Shown piece after piece: positions 18,653 through 29,442 of a stretch of DNA of 64,000 nt. Each line of letters opens with the position of its first letter. Positions within the stretch are counted from its first letter, which is position 1. Origin of the DNA: a virus; IMG/VR virus record IMGVR_UViG_3300037258_000514, positions 32,001-96,000 of that record, one strand, 5' to 3'. The notes beneath the pieces were generated by a model, which had not been told where the DNA came from, made no database searches, and worked only from the letters and a program-made list of their open reading frames with translations. A program made the translations under genes and the position numbers.

Positions 18653-19707
18653 CTGTATTTCCTTATTGATGGTGCAAGATTTTGCTCAATCTTAGTCCAA
18701 CGCGTAATAGCATCCTGTTTAATATTTGCAAGTAGTTCGTCGAGCAAAACATAATCTTGCTTTTCGCGTGCTGTCTCTATTTGATCTTTTAAAGCTTTTG
18801 CAGTTTCTTTTGGATAAGCACCACTACTTTGGAGCCACTCCACCATTGATATTTCATCATCAATTCCATATCCAAAAATAATTCTAAATGAAGCTTCGCG
18901 AAAGGGCATGGCTACACTACACTTCTTAACTCTAGCGAGTACGTCTACGCCAACCGGTCTTTCTTCGCCTAATGACTGACGAGTTATTTTACCTTCTTCT
19001 CTAAGCCAAACGATTTGACTTGCATAGAAGTTAAGTGCTCTCCCTCCTGAGCGCGTAGATTGCTCACCGAAAGATACACCAATTGCATCACGAAGCTGAC
19101 TAATAATCCCTAGTGTACAATTAGCTCTAGTAATGTCTCGAGCAAGCACACGGAATAAAGCTGACATCTTCTTAGCCTTAGCTGTACCATAACTTCCGCC
19201 TTCTTCATCCCCGCGTTTCTTAATCTCTCCGTAACGCTCTAGTTCATCTTTATCGCTTAATGAATCGAGAGAATCCAGAATGTATAACTTAGGTCTTGTA
19301 TCATCTACTTTTCTATCTTTTTCTTTCTTCTTTGGATCACCGTTGATAAACTCTGTAAAATCAAACTGAAAGTCTTCAACTGTCTCAAGTGGTTCATCTG
19401 GAAGAGCTACTTCTGGAGGGAAACCTATACTTTCAGCAAAGTCACGTTCGAAGCGCGATTCGGCTTCTCCATAACGCATATCACAATTAGGTCCGAAGGT
19501 ACGTTTGAAGTTTGCGAATGCCTCAAACGCTTGCAAAGTCTTTCCGCTGCTTCTATCGCCTACAAGATTAAAAACACGCTTGCAAGCCCAACCTCCACCG
19601 AGCGCTAAATTTAGTAAAGTACTGCCTGTTGAAAAGAATTTTGTTAAGGGAACTGGAGAGTTTTTTAACTGCTCTTTTTCATCTTTCGAAGTGGTTTCAT
19701 TAGCCAT
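18649..19707 (-). CDS. recA: RecA/UvsX recombinase
   Basis: 'STGSTLLNLALGGG', 'GDRSSGKT', 'ILDSL', 'SQLRD', 'SGGRALNFYAS'. Confidence 0.93.
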   Translation of the reverse strand: MANETTSKDEKEQLKNSPVPLTKFFSTGSTLLNLALGGGWACKRVFNLVGDRSSGKTLQAFEAFANFKRTFGPNCDMRYGEAESRFERDFAESIGFPPEVALPDEPLETVEDFQFDFTEFINGDPKKKEKDRKVDDTRPKLYILDSLDSLSDKDELERYGEIKKRGDEEGGSYGTAKAKKMSALFRVLARDITRANCTLGIISQLRDAIGVSFGEQSTRSGGRALNFYASQIVWLREEGKITRQSLGEERPVGVDVLARVKKCSVAMPFREASFRIIFGYGIDDEISMVEWLQSSGAYPKETAKALKDQIETAREKQDYVLLDELLANIKQDAITRWTKIEQNLAPSIRKYR

Positions 19708-20102
19708 TCGTAAGCCTCTTCACGAGAATCAAATATCGCAATACTAGTGGGTACCACTGATTTAACTTTCGCAATTGTTCTAAGATCACCCACTGTTGTT
19801 CTATAACCGATCCACACACGATCAGTTCTGCGCTTAGCCATGCACGTAATCTCCTTCTGCCCTTGCACTTCCATGTTCAGTAATATGGAACACTGAAGTG
19901 TCCTCTATCTTGGGAGGTTCTTTACTAGGCCAGTAAGAAGAATTTTTGGGTAGTGTTCGCAAATATTCTTGCATCTCAGCAAGCTTTTGAACCATCGCTT
20001 TATCAAAACGTTTCTTATCTATATCAGCAAATGATAGGGCTGCTTTTACTCCTGCAAGAGCTAATCTTCGTCTGCGCTCTGCGTATTGTCCTTGATCAAG
20101 CA

Positions 20103-20765
20103 TTAAAATCCTAATCTCAACTCTCTAATTTTGTAAGGATCGCTCATTGCCCACGCAACAATTTCTGGCATCCACGTATCGAGAGTGAAATAATCAGCCC
20201 ACTGTTTTAACCTGTCGAGTTTCCTTCTTGTATCAGCTACCGATATGTCGTTAAGAGGTTTCATCTTTGAAAGTGCCCCCTTTGTTCCATCAATCTTCTT
20301 CAAGGCCCACGCTCTGCCGAGCCCACGACTTGTTAGTAAGTTGTGTTGTTTGTATTGATTTACTTGTAGTGGAGGAAGGTCACACTCAAAAGCTCGTTCT
20401 TCATAGTGCATACATCTGCCTGTTACAACATCCAGATTACGACACCAATCACCTGTATGATCCTGCTGTAGATCTGAGAATAGAAGAAATTCTTTTTCGT
20501 TTACTTTTACTTTAAACTCAAGTGTAGCCTCCTTTACGCGCTTAGTTTCATCAGGTAAGTAATTAAGAGCATATCGCTTACAACATGCTCCGCACTTTTC
20601 AGGACAATCTAGTTCGCGAAAGATCATTGGACTTACTACAAGGGGTTTAGGCGTAATTGTAAAGAGACTGTAATTAATCGTCTTCCGCGTAACAGCAGCG
20701 AAAAATCGTGTAAATAATCTATCTAAGTCGGCAGGATCTGTTTTGTGCCCGATATGAATGAGCAT
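20103..20765 (-). CDS. YkgJ-like Cys-cluster protein
   Basis: 'CPEKCGACC ... C..LD...GRC.HYEER..EC'. Confidence 0.6.
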   Translation of the reverse strand: MLIHIGHKTDPADLDRLFTRFFAAVTRKTINYSLFTITPKPLVVSPMIFRELDCPEKCGACCKRYALNYLPDETKRVKEATLEFKVKVNEKEFLLFSDLQQDHTGDWCRNLDVVTGRCMHYEERAFECDLPPLQVNQYKQHNLLTSRGLGRAWALKKIDGTKGALSKMKPLNDISVADTRRKLDRLKQWADYFTLDTWMPEIVAWAMSDPYKIRELRLGF

Positions 20766-21052
20766 TACTACACCCTATTAATTCCATCTACAACAACAAA
20801 ATCTGAATCATCTTGCCATCCGTACTTTGAAGCAAAAGCTTTTGCCGCTGTATGAAACAAACGCATTGATGTTTCAGCAAAAACAACTTTACCATCAGGT
20901 AAAGTAATAGCAAATGATATAGATGGTTTACCAGACGTCATCCCTCCCGCTAAACCGCCTATCTTTATATCATTATCTGCTATGATAACATTCTCGCGCG
21001 GTATACCTTCAAGCATACCGTCACCTGCTAAGAAGATCTTCAAAAGAGCCAT

Positions 21053-21496
21053 TTACTTCATTTCCTTTTGAAGTCTCACATGAGGCTGAAAGGAAATTCC
21101 TCCTCTTGGATAAAACCTGCCTATTACATTAATCCAGTGTGGCCGTAAGAAGTTAAACAAATCCGCTGCAATGCGATTTGTTACGTCTTCATGAAAAGCT
21201 CCTGAATTACGGAAAGAGAATAGATATAGTTTTAAACTCTTACTCTCTACGCATAGCGTATCTGGTGAGTATGTGATCTCAATTGTCGCAAAATCGGGTT
21301 GTCCTGTTTTTGGACAAAGACAAGTAAATTCAGGAGCTTTTATTTCAATTGTGTACTCGTGCTTCTGCTGAGGGTTTGAAAAAGATTCAAGAAGTGTTGG
21401 ATTGTAGTAAACTTCGTACTTCGTATCCCCACTTCCTAAAGACTTTAAATTTGGTGGAGGAGGAACAGGAGGATAGTCTTCTTTTGTTATGGTCAT
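21053..21496 (-). CDS. queF: preQ0 reductase QueF (unimodular)
   Basis: '[15 protein letters not shown]', QueF motif 'ESKSLKLY', 'FHE', 'PRGGI'. Confidence 0.95.
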   Translation of the reverse strand: MTITKEDYPPVPPPPNLKSLGSGDTKYEVYYNPTLLESFSNPQQKHEYTIEIKAPEFTCLCPKTGQPDFATIEITYSPDTLCVESKSLKLYLFSFRNSGAFHEDVTNRIAADLFNFLRPHWINVIGRFYPRGGISFQPHVRLQKEMK

Positions 21497-21771
21497 TATT
21501 TTATCTCATACTTTACTAAGAATTCTTCGAACGAGTTAGGTATGTCGTTAATTTCTCGAGCCTTAAGAGACGGAGTGCTTTTGATCGAAGATTCGATCTC
21601 CAGCACTCTCATGTCAGGATTCATCTCTCTTTCAATACGTTCACTAAGTGTTTTTACAACGGATTCTTCTGCTTCAGCTCTTACTTCATTTTTAAGCTGA
21701 TCGACGAAACTTTGATGTTTTCGTTGAAGATGCTCAGTTGTTAAGGGATCGTATTGAAATTGTTCCATTGG

Positions 21772-22014
21772 TTACCTATCTCCTCTAACACTAGGCATTG
21801 GACCGTTTGTGTTTGGTTTCTTTGGTTGCACGGCACCTGCTTCAACAATTGATAATTCTTCAATATCAAAAGTCGATGTTTTAACTGGTTCACCATCTTT
21901 AATTTCTTGTGGCTGAATAGTTAAGCGAATACAACCGTTTATCCATGTTGTATAAGCTACAACTATTCCGGTAAGACCAGTTACACGATCTTTAACTTTA
22001 TCACCTAAATTCAT
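21772..22014 (-). CDS. SH3-like small phage protein
   Basis: 'LGDKVKDRVTGLTGIV'. Confidence 0.6.
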   Translation of the reverse strand: MNLGDKVKDRVTGLTGIVVAYTTWINGCIRLTIQPQEIKDGEPVKTSTFDIEELSIVEAGAVQPKKPNTNGPMPSVRGDR

Positions 22015-22250
22015 TATGCAGCCGCCTGTATAACTTTCTTACCACGTGTTACGCGAATTGTTTTTGCAACGTTTCCGTCAGCTGTCAGGAAGTAGAAGAA
22101 TCCTTTTTCGGGAACAAATGCTCCTGAAGCTACAACTGTGCGATCCTTTGTTTTTCTATCTTGTGCTACAACATCACTACCAGAAATAAAGTAGCGAAAA
22201 CCTTCTTGACGCTTAATGTTAGTTTTAGCAACTACTGTTGACTCTGCCAT
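22014..22250 (-). CDS. Cc1-like small DNA-binding protein
   Basis: Duplicated 'VVA...(KR/PE).G(F/Y).YF...G.V' motif; basic; RBS AAGGAG. Confidence 0.55.
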   Translation of the reverse strand: MAESTVVAKTNIKRQEGFRYFISGSDVVAQDRKTKDRTVVASGAFVPEKGFFYFLTADGNVAKTIRVTRGKKVIQAAA

Positions 22251-22300
22251 TGTGTTATTTCTCCTTTAATTTTATAGTAAAAACGTAGTGCTACCGCCTT

Positions 22301-23089
22301 TTATCTTACATTCATAATCTTGTGCATCTGAACCGAAATTCTCCAGTTTGGAAATTTCTTCTGCCAGTCTAAACATAATTTGAGATTCGTCATATTAACT
22401 TTATTTTCAAAGTTAATTGGTTGCAGCCATACTAGCTGATGTTTTAAAATCTCTTCAGGTAGTTGATAAGGATCAAATTTTTCATCTACAAGTAATTTTA
22501 TTTCATTTGCAATCTTTAACATTTCAGGCAAAGCCTTAAATTTTGGTGAACATGTAATCCATATATATGCGTGAGAATCGAAACTAGTAAAGGTTTTATT
22601 TAATGGAATTGTTCCTGAAGTCTCAAGTCGGATTTCTTTTCCTGCATTATGAAGTATATCAACAAGTGATGTTAATGGATGCATCATAGGTTCGCCTCCT
22701 GAAATGCAAACGTACTTAACTTCTTGCGGAAGTAATGCAATTATTTCGTAAGCAAATAAGCGTTCTTTTACTCTATAGTCTGTATCACACTCCATTGTTC
22801 GCCCGTCAAGTATTGTACACTTTTCTGTGTAAATAGGTAGAAGCGCGCTCTTTTCTTGAAAATATTTCGCTACAGCACAATTCGGCTTATGTCCAATATC
22901 CGGATCACAGTCGCTTGTACATTTATCAGGTTGAACAGGATTTTCATAACGCTCTTTTGAATAAGGCTTACCAACAGTACAACCGGCTAACCTAATGAAT
23001 GTCTGTAATTGACCACTATACGTTCCTTCACCTTGAGGTGATGTAAAAATTTCTGCTATTGGATATTTATATTCTTTAGATTTAAACAT
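22301..23089 (-). CDS. queE: 7-carboxy-7-deazaguanine synthase QueE (radical SAM)
   Basis: 'EIFTSPQGEG..G....FIRLAGC', 'CDT', 'SGGEP', 'ETSG', 'CSPK', 'SVQMHK'. Confidence 0.92.
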   Translation of the reverse strand: MFKSKEYKYPIAEIFTSPQGEGTYSGQLQTFIRLAGCTVGKPYSKERYENPVQPDKCTSDCDPDIGHKPNCAVAKYFQEKSALLPIYTEKCTILDGRTMECDTDYRVKERLFAYEIIALLPQEVKYVCISGGEPMMHPLTSLVDILHNAGKEIRLETSGTIPLNKTFTSFDSHAYIWITCSPKFKALPEMLKIANEIKLLVDEKFDPYQLPEEILKHQLVWLQPINFENKVNMTNLKLCLDWQKKFPNWRISVQMHKIMNVR

Positions 23090-23144
23090 GTTTTACCTGT
23101 TTGTTTTCCTTTCCATTAGTAATCCATGTAGAGCCGACTAACAT

Positions 23145-24224
23145 TTATTTTGGTGGTCCTGTTTGAAATCTTGCTTTCAATCGTGAGATACCGTCTCCTG
23201 CTGCTTGAGGTTCAGCTGTGACTGTTGCAACCACAGGTTGGGTTTGTTGTGCAACCACAGGTTGCGCAGTTACTGCCGGAGCAGAACCATTTGTCAGATC
23301 GCGGCTAAAGTCGCAATCACCCTGGTGATTACCAACAAAGGCGCATCCCCATACTCTCCCGCCTGCCTTCATTGACTTGTTACAAAATTCAGGAGGAGTT
23401 AAGACAAGAGGTACAGTAGGCGGAACTGGTTGCTGTACTTGGACTTGCTGAGCTTGCGGCTGTTGTATTTCAGTTCGTGGAGGGCGATCAGACTGTACAG
23501 CTTGCGGCGGCACTTGTTGCGTTTGTTCTGGTTCGGCATTCTTTTCCTTCTCCGGAACATTACCCTCAAACAAGTGCTTCATCTCATCGTAATCTCTATA
23601 CAAGAGAACAGTTGGAAGAGGATTGTTGACAATAATATCCAAGTAGTGATCTTCAATTACTGACTGCCTACGAGCAAGCTGTGGTGCAGAATATTTTGTT
23701 GTCTCACCCTCACCTGTCTTATCAAAGTAAACATCATAGCCAAGTGTTGGATGGTCTATATGATAAATCTCACCTGATTCGCGATCCTTGCAGATCTTTG
23801 AGATATCTCTATCCAACGTCCACGGCATTGACCAGACCATTGGATTTTCGTTCTTGTCTTCTTCTTTCCTATCAATTACCCATACAAGAACGCGTCGCTT
23901 GGGTTTGAACTCTGATGCATCATCACGTCCCTGTGCTTCTGCCTGTAGTTGAAATTCGCATATAGGACAAGCCATGCGCATCATCTTGTTTAAGCAGAGA
24001 ACAGTTCCACCCTCAGGACTCGCATCGTAATGCACCCAAACATCATAACCATGATGCGTTGCGCCATCCCATGTTGGGGGAGCAATACGAATTGAGTTTT
24101 CATCCTTACGTGCTCCGTAAGTGTTAAACTGATCCTTGATAATACCTATGTAAGTGTTACCTGATTGATTCGCTCGTTTTGCCCAATTGGCCTCTTCACG
24201 TGGTTTGTAAACGAAATTTGCCAT
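23145..24224 (-). CDS. gp32-like single-stranded DNA-binding protein
   Basis: 'VHY......VLC......CPICE', 'VIDR', 'HP..GYD....K.G.G..TKY'. Confidence 0.75.
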   Translation of the reverse strand: MANFVYKPREEANWAKRANQSGNTYIGIIKDQFNTYGARKDENSIRIAPPTWDGATHHGYDVWVHYDASPEGGTVLCLNKMMRMACPICEFQLQAEAQGRDDASEFKPKRRVLVWVIDRKEEDKNENPMVWSMPWTLDRDISKICKDRESGEIYHIDHPTLGYDVYFDKTGEGETTKYSAPQLARRQSVIEDHYLDIIVNNPLPTVLLYRDYDEMKHLFEGNVPEKEKNAEPEQTQQVPPQAVQSDRPPRTEIQQPQAQQVQVQQPVPPTVPLVLTPPEFCNKSMKAGGRVWGCAFVGNHQGDCDFSRDLTNGSAPAVTAQPVVAQQTQPVVATVTAEPQAAGDGISRLKARFQTGPPK

Positions 24225-24375
24225 CGCTGCGTTTATTCCTTTCCTCTAAATTTTCTTTGCCAAACTTGAAAGTCTTGGAGTGAACGTAAGATTGCGGATG
24301 ACCATAATCGCAGCGCTATGTACACTGTAAATATACCAAGAACTATCTCTAAAGCAATTTTCATTCATTTACCTT

Positions 24376-24873
24376 TTATTCTTTAATATCTGCAAGGCCT
24401 CTAATTTCACGCCGTCGCTTTGTTCTCACGTAATCTGTAGTCAAAAAACCATTACTTAATAAATCGGCTGCCACTCTAATTTGTGATGATTTAGTTCTCA
24501 TTGCTTCCTGCATTGACGACCACAATGCTGCATCGAGTCTTGCTTGACTAAGTTTGTTTTGACTTGTTTTATACAAGTCGTATAAAGGCAGTTGAGAATC
24601 AATTGTTGACTCAGAACGCGCTTTTCCGTTATCACCTGGCACTATTCTTAACTGCTGCGCAATATTAGCTTTTGTTCGATCAAACTCTTCTTTCGCTGAA
24701 TCACGCAGCTCATTTGCAATTGCTACACACTCACCTGCATCCTGAACAAGTACCGGAATCTCTATAAGTTCTTCGTCAATGTCGAGCAATTCCAAGCGAC
24801 GTTTAGAACGAAACCACAAATATTTTTCAGTTCTAAATGACGGTACTAAATCAGAATCTTTATTATCTTCCAT
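24376..24873 (-). CDS. UvsY-like helical recombination mediator (putative)
   Basis: Helical, about 165 aa, next to SSB. Confidence 0.45.
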   Translation of the reverse strand: MEDNKDSDLVPSFRTEKYLWFRSKRRLELLDIDEELIEIPVLVQDAGECVAIANELRDSAKEEFDRTKANIAQQLRIVPGDNGKARSESTIDSQLPLYDLYKTSQNKLSQARLDAALWSSMQEAMRTKSSQIRVAADLLSNGFLTTDYVRTKRRREIRGLADIKE

Positions 24874-24934
24874 TGTAATTATACCAATTACTTATGATTG
24901 TTTAAGCAGCGTCTCATATGATTTAACGCAATAC

Positions 24935-25870
24935 TTAATTTCCCCACAGCACTTGTCCTATACCGGAGTACAACTGAACTTTCTTATTCCAACTTCCATT
25001 TGTTTCCGAAATTGATCTAAGCAATTTCCAGATTTGTTGCGCGTTTTCAGTGTCTTTACTACGTGATAAAGATGAAGTTAAGATGTTGAGAATGTGACTA
25101 TGTGCTGCTGTAAAATCTTCAATGTTTCCGAGCATCTTTGTAATCATTCCCCAATCACGTCCACCCTTTGCAAGATACACACCAAGTGCAGCAGCAGGAG
25201 AGTTATCTGATTCTACTTCAACAATTATTTGAGAGAGATCGTCTCTTGATTTTACAGCATGTCCTGCCTGAAGGATGGATAAAGCGTTGCGGGCACTTCC
25301 ATCTGCCGCTTGAACAATCGCATTAAATACATCATCTACAACTGTCCACTTCTCAACTTCGCAAACAAGAGTAAGAAGCTTTTCAATATCACGCGCTTTT
25401 AGTGGTTTAAGCGCAACAGGATAGCATCTACCCTTCTTGACCGTTAGCTTTACTGCTTCTGGCTCTGTTGTGCAGAGCGCCCAGTAAAGAAACAGAGGAG
25501 GTTCTTCGATTGGCTTTAGCAAAGGTTCCCAAGCCTTATCGGACAAGTTGTGACACTCGTCTACGATAATCATTCTGTTTTTCTGTCCTGGTATGACAAG
25601 AGAAGGAAAACAAGAATTTTCAACGAGCCTTCTTGTATCATCTACACCGCTATTGCTAGCAGCGTCCATCTCCTGGATAAAAGCATTTACTTCCTTTGCA
25701 ATAATTCTCGCTAGAGTTGTCTTGCCTACACCTGTTGGTCCTGTAAATAAAAATGCATGCGGATGCGCATCGCCTTTCATTGCTTCAGCTAAGGCTTTAA
25801 TGCAAAGTTCATTCCCAATAACTTCCTCAAACACTTCAGGACGATATTTTGTAATCAATGGCAAAGACAT
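24935..25870 (-). CDS. clamp loader (DnaX gamma/tau-like)
   Basis: 'LITKYRP..FEEVIGN', 'GPTGVGKTT', 'IVDECH', 'IEEPP'; the frame also stays open upstream to 26035. Confidence 0.9.
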   Translation of the reverse strand: MSLPLITKYRPEVFEEVIGNELCIKALAEAMKGDAHPHAFLFTGPTGVGKTTLARIIAKEVNAFIQEMDAASNSGVDDTRRLVENSCFPSLVIPGQKNRMIIVDECHNLSDKAWEPLLKPIEEPPLFLYWALCTTEPEAVKLTVKKGRCYPVALKPLKARDIEKLLTLVCEVEKWTVVDDVFNAIVQAADGSARNALSILQAGHAVKSRDDLSQIIVEVESDNSPAAALGVYLAKGGRDWGMITKMLGNIEDFTAAHSHILNILTSSLSRSKDTENAQQIWKLLRSISETNGSWNKKVQLYSGIGQVLWGN

Positions 25871-25971
25871 TTTCTTCCTTTGTTTCTCTTCTCTATAATC
25901 GTCGAGTTCGATTGCTTGTTGTACTTCAAATAGCGGTTCTTCGTCTTTTGGATACGTATAAGGAACGCGCA

Positions 25972-26709
25972 TTAAGTTAATGCTCTTCTCGGACGTCCCG
26001 ATGGTTTTATTCTGTGCGTGAGACCGTAATGCCAACCATCAGGTAGTTGTTCTGTTTTAAGTAATTTCCTATTGTTTATGCCATTTGTAATTAAGTTGTA
26101 AGGATTTGCTTTTAATGTAACGGATTGATGAAGAGAACGCTTTAACTTGATTTCTGCAGAAGACGCAATACGCATTAATGAAGCTTTTCTTGCGGCCTTA
26201 ATTTCGGGCCTTTCCCAAACAATAGCGTTCTTACTTCCGCGTACTTTCCTGTATTGGGGATCAGACCATGTTTCTCTTATCCTAGTAGATTTTCTAGCTC
26301 TACTTTCTGGCGTTGAATGAATTTGCTTACAGATTGTTTGAAATAACAATCCGTATCGTGGCCCACCTTTAGAAGATTCTAAAACGTTATAACCATTTCT
26401 TACTGAATCGAAAAGCTTAATGTACGCTCTTTCCATTTCAAGCAAAATTTCTCTATTGTAATCATCTTGATAGTAAAGAGGAAGAAGTAGAAAAGAACTA
26501 ACTTTATACTTTAGAAGAGCACTTCGTATTATCGGACCGATACTACTTCTTTCAGGAGAAGTGTAATCAAGCAAACGTGTTGCCACATTCTGACTGATAC
26601 CAACATATTTCTTTTCATTTAGCATGTTTTGAATACAATATATACCGGGACGATATTCAGGGATATTACGTTCTAACACTTTGAACCCGCGCCAGTCTGC
26701 GAATATCAT
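25972..26709 (-). CDS. GIY-YIG homing endonuclease
   Basis: 'GIYCIQN...KKYVGIS', 'NGYN'. Confidence 0.85.
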   Translation of the reverse strand: MIFADWRGFKVLERNIPEYRPGIYCIQNMLNEKKYVGISQNVATRLLDYTSPERSSIGPIIRSALLKYKVSSFLLLPLYYQDDYNREILLEMERAYIKLFDSVRNGYNVLESSKGGPRYGLLFQTICKQIHSTPESRARKSTRIRETWSDPQYRKVRGSKNAIVWERPEIKAARKASLMRIASSAEIKLKRSLHQSVTLKANPYNLITNGINNRKLLKTEQLPDGWHYGLTHRIKPSGRPRRALT

Positions 26710-29220
26710 CTAGAAATAGCTCCCAGTAAATTTAGTTAGAGTTTCCAAATCGCACCAGTTATATCCTACTCGCGCTTCTGTCATAAGTGGTACCGTTACA
26801 AAAGGAAATCTTGGTTTAACTATTTCAACTCCTATCGTAGTAATATACGATTCCGTTTTATCTGAATCAGGTATCGCGAAGATTAGATCGTCATGAACAT
26901 TAACCCGAGGTAATAAATTCATATCTGTCTCAATTGCCATCTCAAATAGAGCGTTTTGGGCTTCTAACACAAGCTCTGCAGCAGTACCTTGAACAGGTGT
27001 ATTAATTACTTCGTTTCCAGGTAGTACTTCGTTCCTCTCTCTGCCTGTTAGTGAAGCTACCGTTCCCGTAGCTTTATACCTTCTAAACTGTCCGTCAACC
27101 CAAGCTTTTGTTACTTTATATTCTGTCCAGAATTCATGCAAGATCTCTTCGCAAATACGAAGCGGGATTCCCGTCCTTGTAGCAATAGATTTAGCAATTG
27201 ATCCATAAAAGCTGGCAAATACAAAATCAGTTTTAATGATCGTGCGCCCGCCTTTTAGTATGTGCTTCTCTGTTGTTTCTCCTGTCTTTTGTTTTAGACG
27301 ATCCATATAAGCCGGATAGGCTTTAATAATTCTATACAGCCATTTCCAGTGGATATCGTCATCATCTACAAAAGCTTTCTTTAAGACAGGATCTTTACTA
27401 AACATTGCGATAACTCTGCCTTCAAGTTGTCCATAGTCAAAAGCAGCAAACATATAACCAGGAGGAGGGATTATCTGACGTCTAACCTCTCTGTGCTTTC
27501 GTTTCGGCCAATTCTGCATGTTGGGATCGGCGCCAGAGAGGCGATAAGTGTTTGTGTGAACTACAGTATATTGTCCGTGGATAAGTCCATCTACACCGAT
27601 AATACGTCCCTTTAAAATCGGATCAACGTAAGTGGATTTTTGTTTTTCAACTTCTCTGTATTCAAGAGTTAAATCAATTAATCTACAACTTTTCTTCTCC
27701 GCTAATTTTTCAAGTTCGTCTGCTTCTGTAACATAGTTTATTTTTCCCGCTGCAGTGACGTTCGTTGGAACTTGATAGTGATAATACTTATCCAATACGT
27801 AAGCTAAAGTTTGACCTGAGGAAATACTAAATATTTTGCTTTCTTTTTTCTCAAAATCTCTAACTTCAGGTAATAATGAAGCTTCTTTTTCACATGCTTG
27901 AGATTTCTTAAATAAGTCTTTCTGTAGCGATTCACTCTCCTTAATGTCGTAGTTTAATCCCTGTACTTCCATTGCAACAGTTGATTGCACTGTTTGAACA
28001 CTGCGTCGGTAATTAGGCAATTGAACAGGAGGAAGCATTTCAAGCATTTGGTAATATAACAATGCTTCAGCCCAAGCATCCAGCGCATTATACTCTAAAA
28101 CTTGTTCAGGAGAATATTCAGATAAGCGCTCTTTATCAAGCGGTCCTAATCCCTGTCCTGCAAGTGCGTTGTTTGTTAACTGCTTTACATCAATACCGAA
28201 ATAAATACGTGATAGAACATCTAAACTACCAAGTCCTTTTCTCTTGTGAAGTAAACGTGCAAGAATTTCTGTATCATGTAATTTCTGTTTGTAGTTCTTT
28301 GTCAAACCTACGATCCAAGGAAGTTCCATACTAGCATGTTGTGCTATCCATTCTTTATCGGATAACATCATTTCAGTTAGTACTTCCATTCCCCACGGAT
28401 CTAAATCACCCGGCCATCTAACTTTGAATGAAAACGTGAGTATTCCATCAGAACATCCACAAGTAAGTAAACGCGCGTCACGTTGGTAATGTCGAAACTT
28501 AAACGTTTCAAAATCTATTGCATAAGGACTTCTTAATTTATGAAAAAGATTAAGAACTTCTTGCTTTGTTTTTGGATAGAGTATTTCTTTTGGGGGAATT
28601 TTAATCTTTGGCGGAGCTTGAAATTTGGTCTTAACGTTCTCAAAGAAGTTTATAAGGTCATTTTGGAAAAGAGGCAGTACTGTATTAACTGTACTTCCAT
28701 CTGCATAATCTTCTCTCTCAGCACGTGCGACGTAAGATGGATGAAAAGTAGATGTAAACCAGCAAACGTGATCTCCAACTATAACAGGAAAAGGAATTCC
28801 TCTTATTTTAGAGATTGTAGGAGCATCCGGCCAAAAATAATTGAGTGCCTCATTTCCAATACCAAGAATGGCATGGGGACGGAGACTTAGGATATCCTGT
28901 TTAAGAAAGTTGGCACAACAGCTTACCTCACGTGGTGTTGGAGTTCTATTCTTTGGTGGACGACATCTTACTGTGTTCTGCCAATAAAGCTTTTTCTCCC
29001 AGTTAGGAGGGAAGTTTTCACGAAGAAACTGTCCTGTCTTTCCAATAAACGGAAACCCTTTATCGTCTTCGGTTTGTCCAGGAGCTTCTCCAATTACCAA
29101 TACTTTGTAAGGACTTTGCTCCTTCGCTATTGCCATAGGCATGCGAGGGGTCTTTAATATTGGCCACTCCTGTTTCAAGGAGCAGGAATTGCAGCTGTCG
29201 AATTGTATTAGTCCGGGCAA
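26710..29220 (-). CDS. family A DNA polymerase with an N-terminal uracil-DNA-glycosylase-like domain
   Basis: UDG 'GEAPG', 'CRPP.NRTP', 'HPSY'; exonuclease 'DFET'; Pol 'DYGQLE', 'NTPVQGTA', 'VHDD'. Confidence 0.93.
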   Translation of the reverse strand: MPGLIQFDSCNSCSLKQEWPILKTPRMPMAIAKEQSPYKVLVIGEAPGQTEDDKGFPFIGKTGQFLRENFPPNWEKKLYWQNTVRCRPPKNRTPTPREVSCCANFLKQDILSLRPHAILGIGNEALNYFWPDAPTISKIRGIPFPVIVGDHVCWFTSTFHPSYVARAEREDYADGSTVNTVLPLFQNDLINFFENVKTKFQAPPKIKIPPKEILYPKTKQEVLNLFHKLRSPYAIDFETFKFRHYQRDARLLTCGCSDGILTFSFKVRWPGDLDPWGMEVLTEMMLSDKEWIAQHASMELPWIVGLTKNYKQKLHDTEILARLLHKRKGLGSLDVLSRIYFGIDVKQLTNNALAGQGLGPLDKERLSEYSPEQVLEYNALDAWAEALLYYQMLEMLPPVQLPNYRRSVQTVQSTVAMEVQGLNYDIKESESLQKDLFKKSQACEKEASLLPEVRDFEKKESKIFSISSGQTLAYVLDKYYHYQVPTNVTAAGKINYVTEADELEKLAEKKSCRLIDLTLEYREVEKQKSTYVDPILKGRIIGVDGLIHGQYTVVHTNTYRLSGADPNMQNWPKRKHREVRRQIIPPPGYMFAAFDYGQLEGRVIAMFSKDPVLKKAFVDDDDIHWKWLYRIIKAYPAYMDRLKQKTGETTEKHILKGGRTIIKTDFVFASFYGSIAKSIATRTGIPLRICEEILHEFWTEYKVTKAWVDGQFRRYKATGTVASLTGRERNEVLPGNEVINTPVQGTAAELVLEAQNALFEMAIETDMNLLPRVNVHDDLIFAIPDSDKTESYITTIGVEIVKPRFPFVTVPLMTEARVGYNWCDLETLTKFTGSYF

Positions 29221-29442
29221 TTTACTTTGGTTCTAAGAGATAGATACCTACAATTGCATCCTGCATAAAATATGCAATGGTTTCAGTTTTATCTCCGTTA
29301 GTTTTATCTCTGTTAGTCTTATAAAGCGAGACTGTCGGCGCATACCAACCAGTTCCATCAGCTTCTATGTCAACATACTTAGTTGTTACAGATGCACGTA
29401 CTGCTGCGACATCGTTACCCCGAAATATTATCCTGTAAGTTT

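Noticed and set aside
25972-26709. Group I intron in the polymerase or clamp loader
   Set aside because: Both flanking genes look complete and no intron core is evident; the endonuclease is free-standing.
26710-29220. UDG-PolA fusion as a novelty
   Set aside because: A known architecture (SPO1-type phage polymerases).
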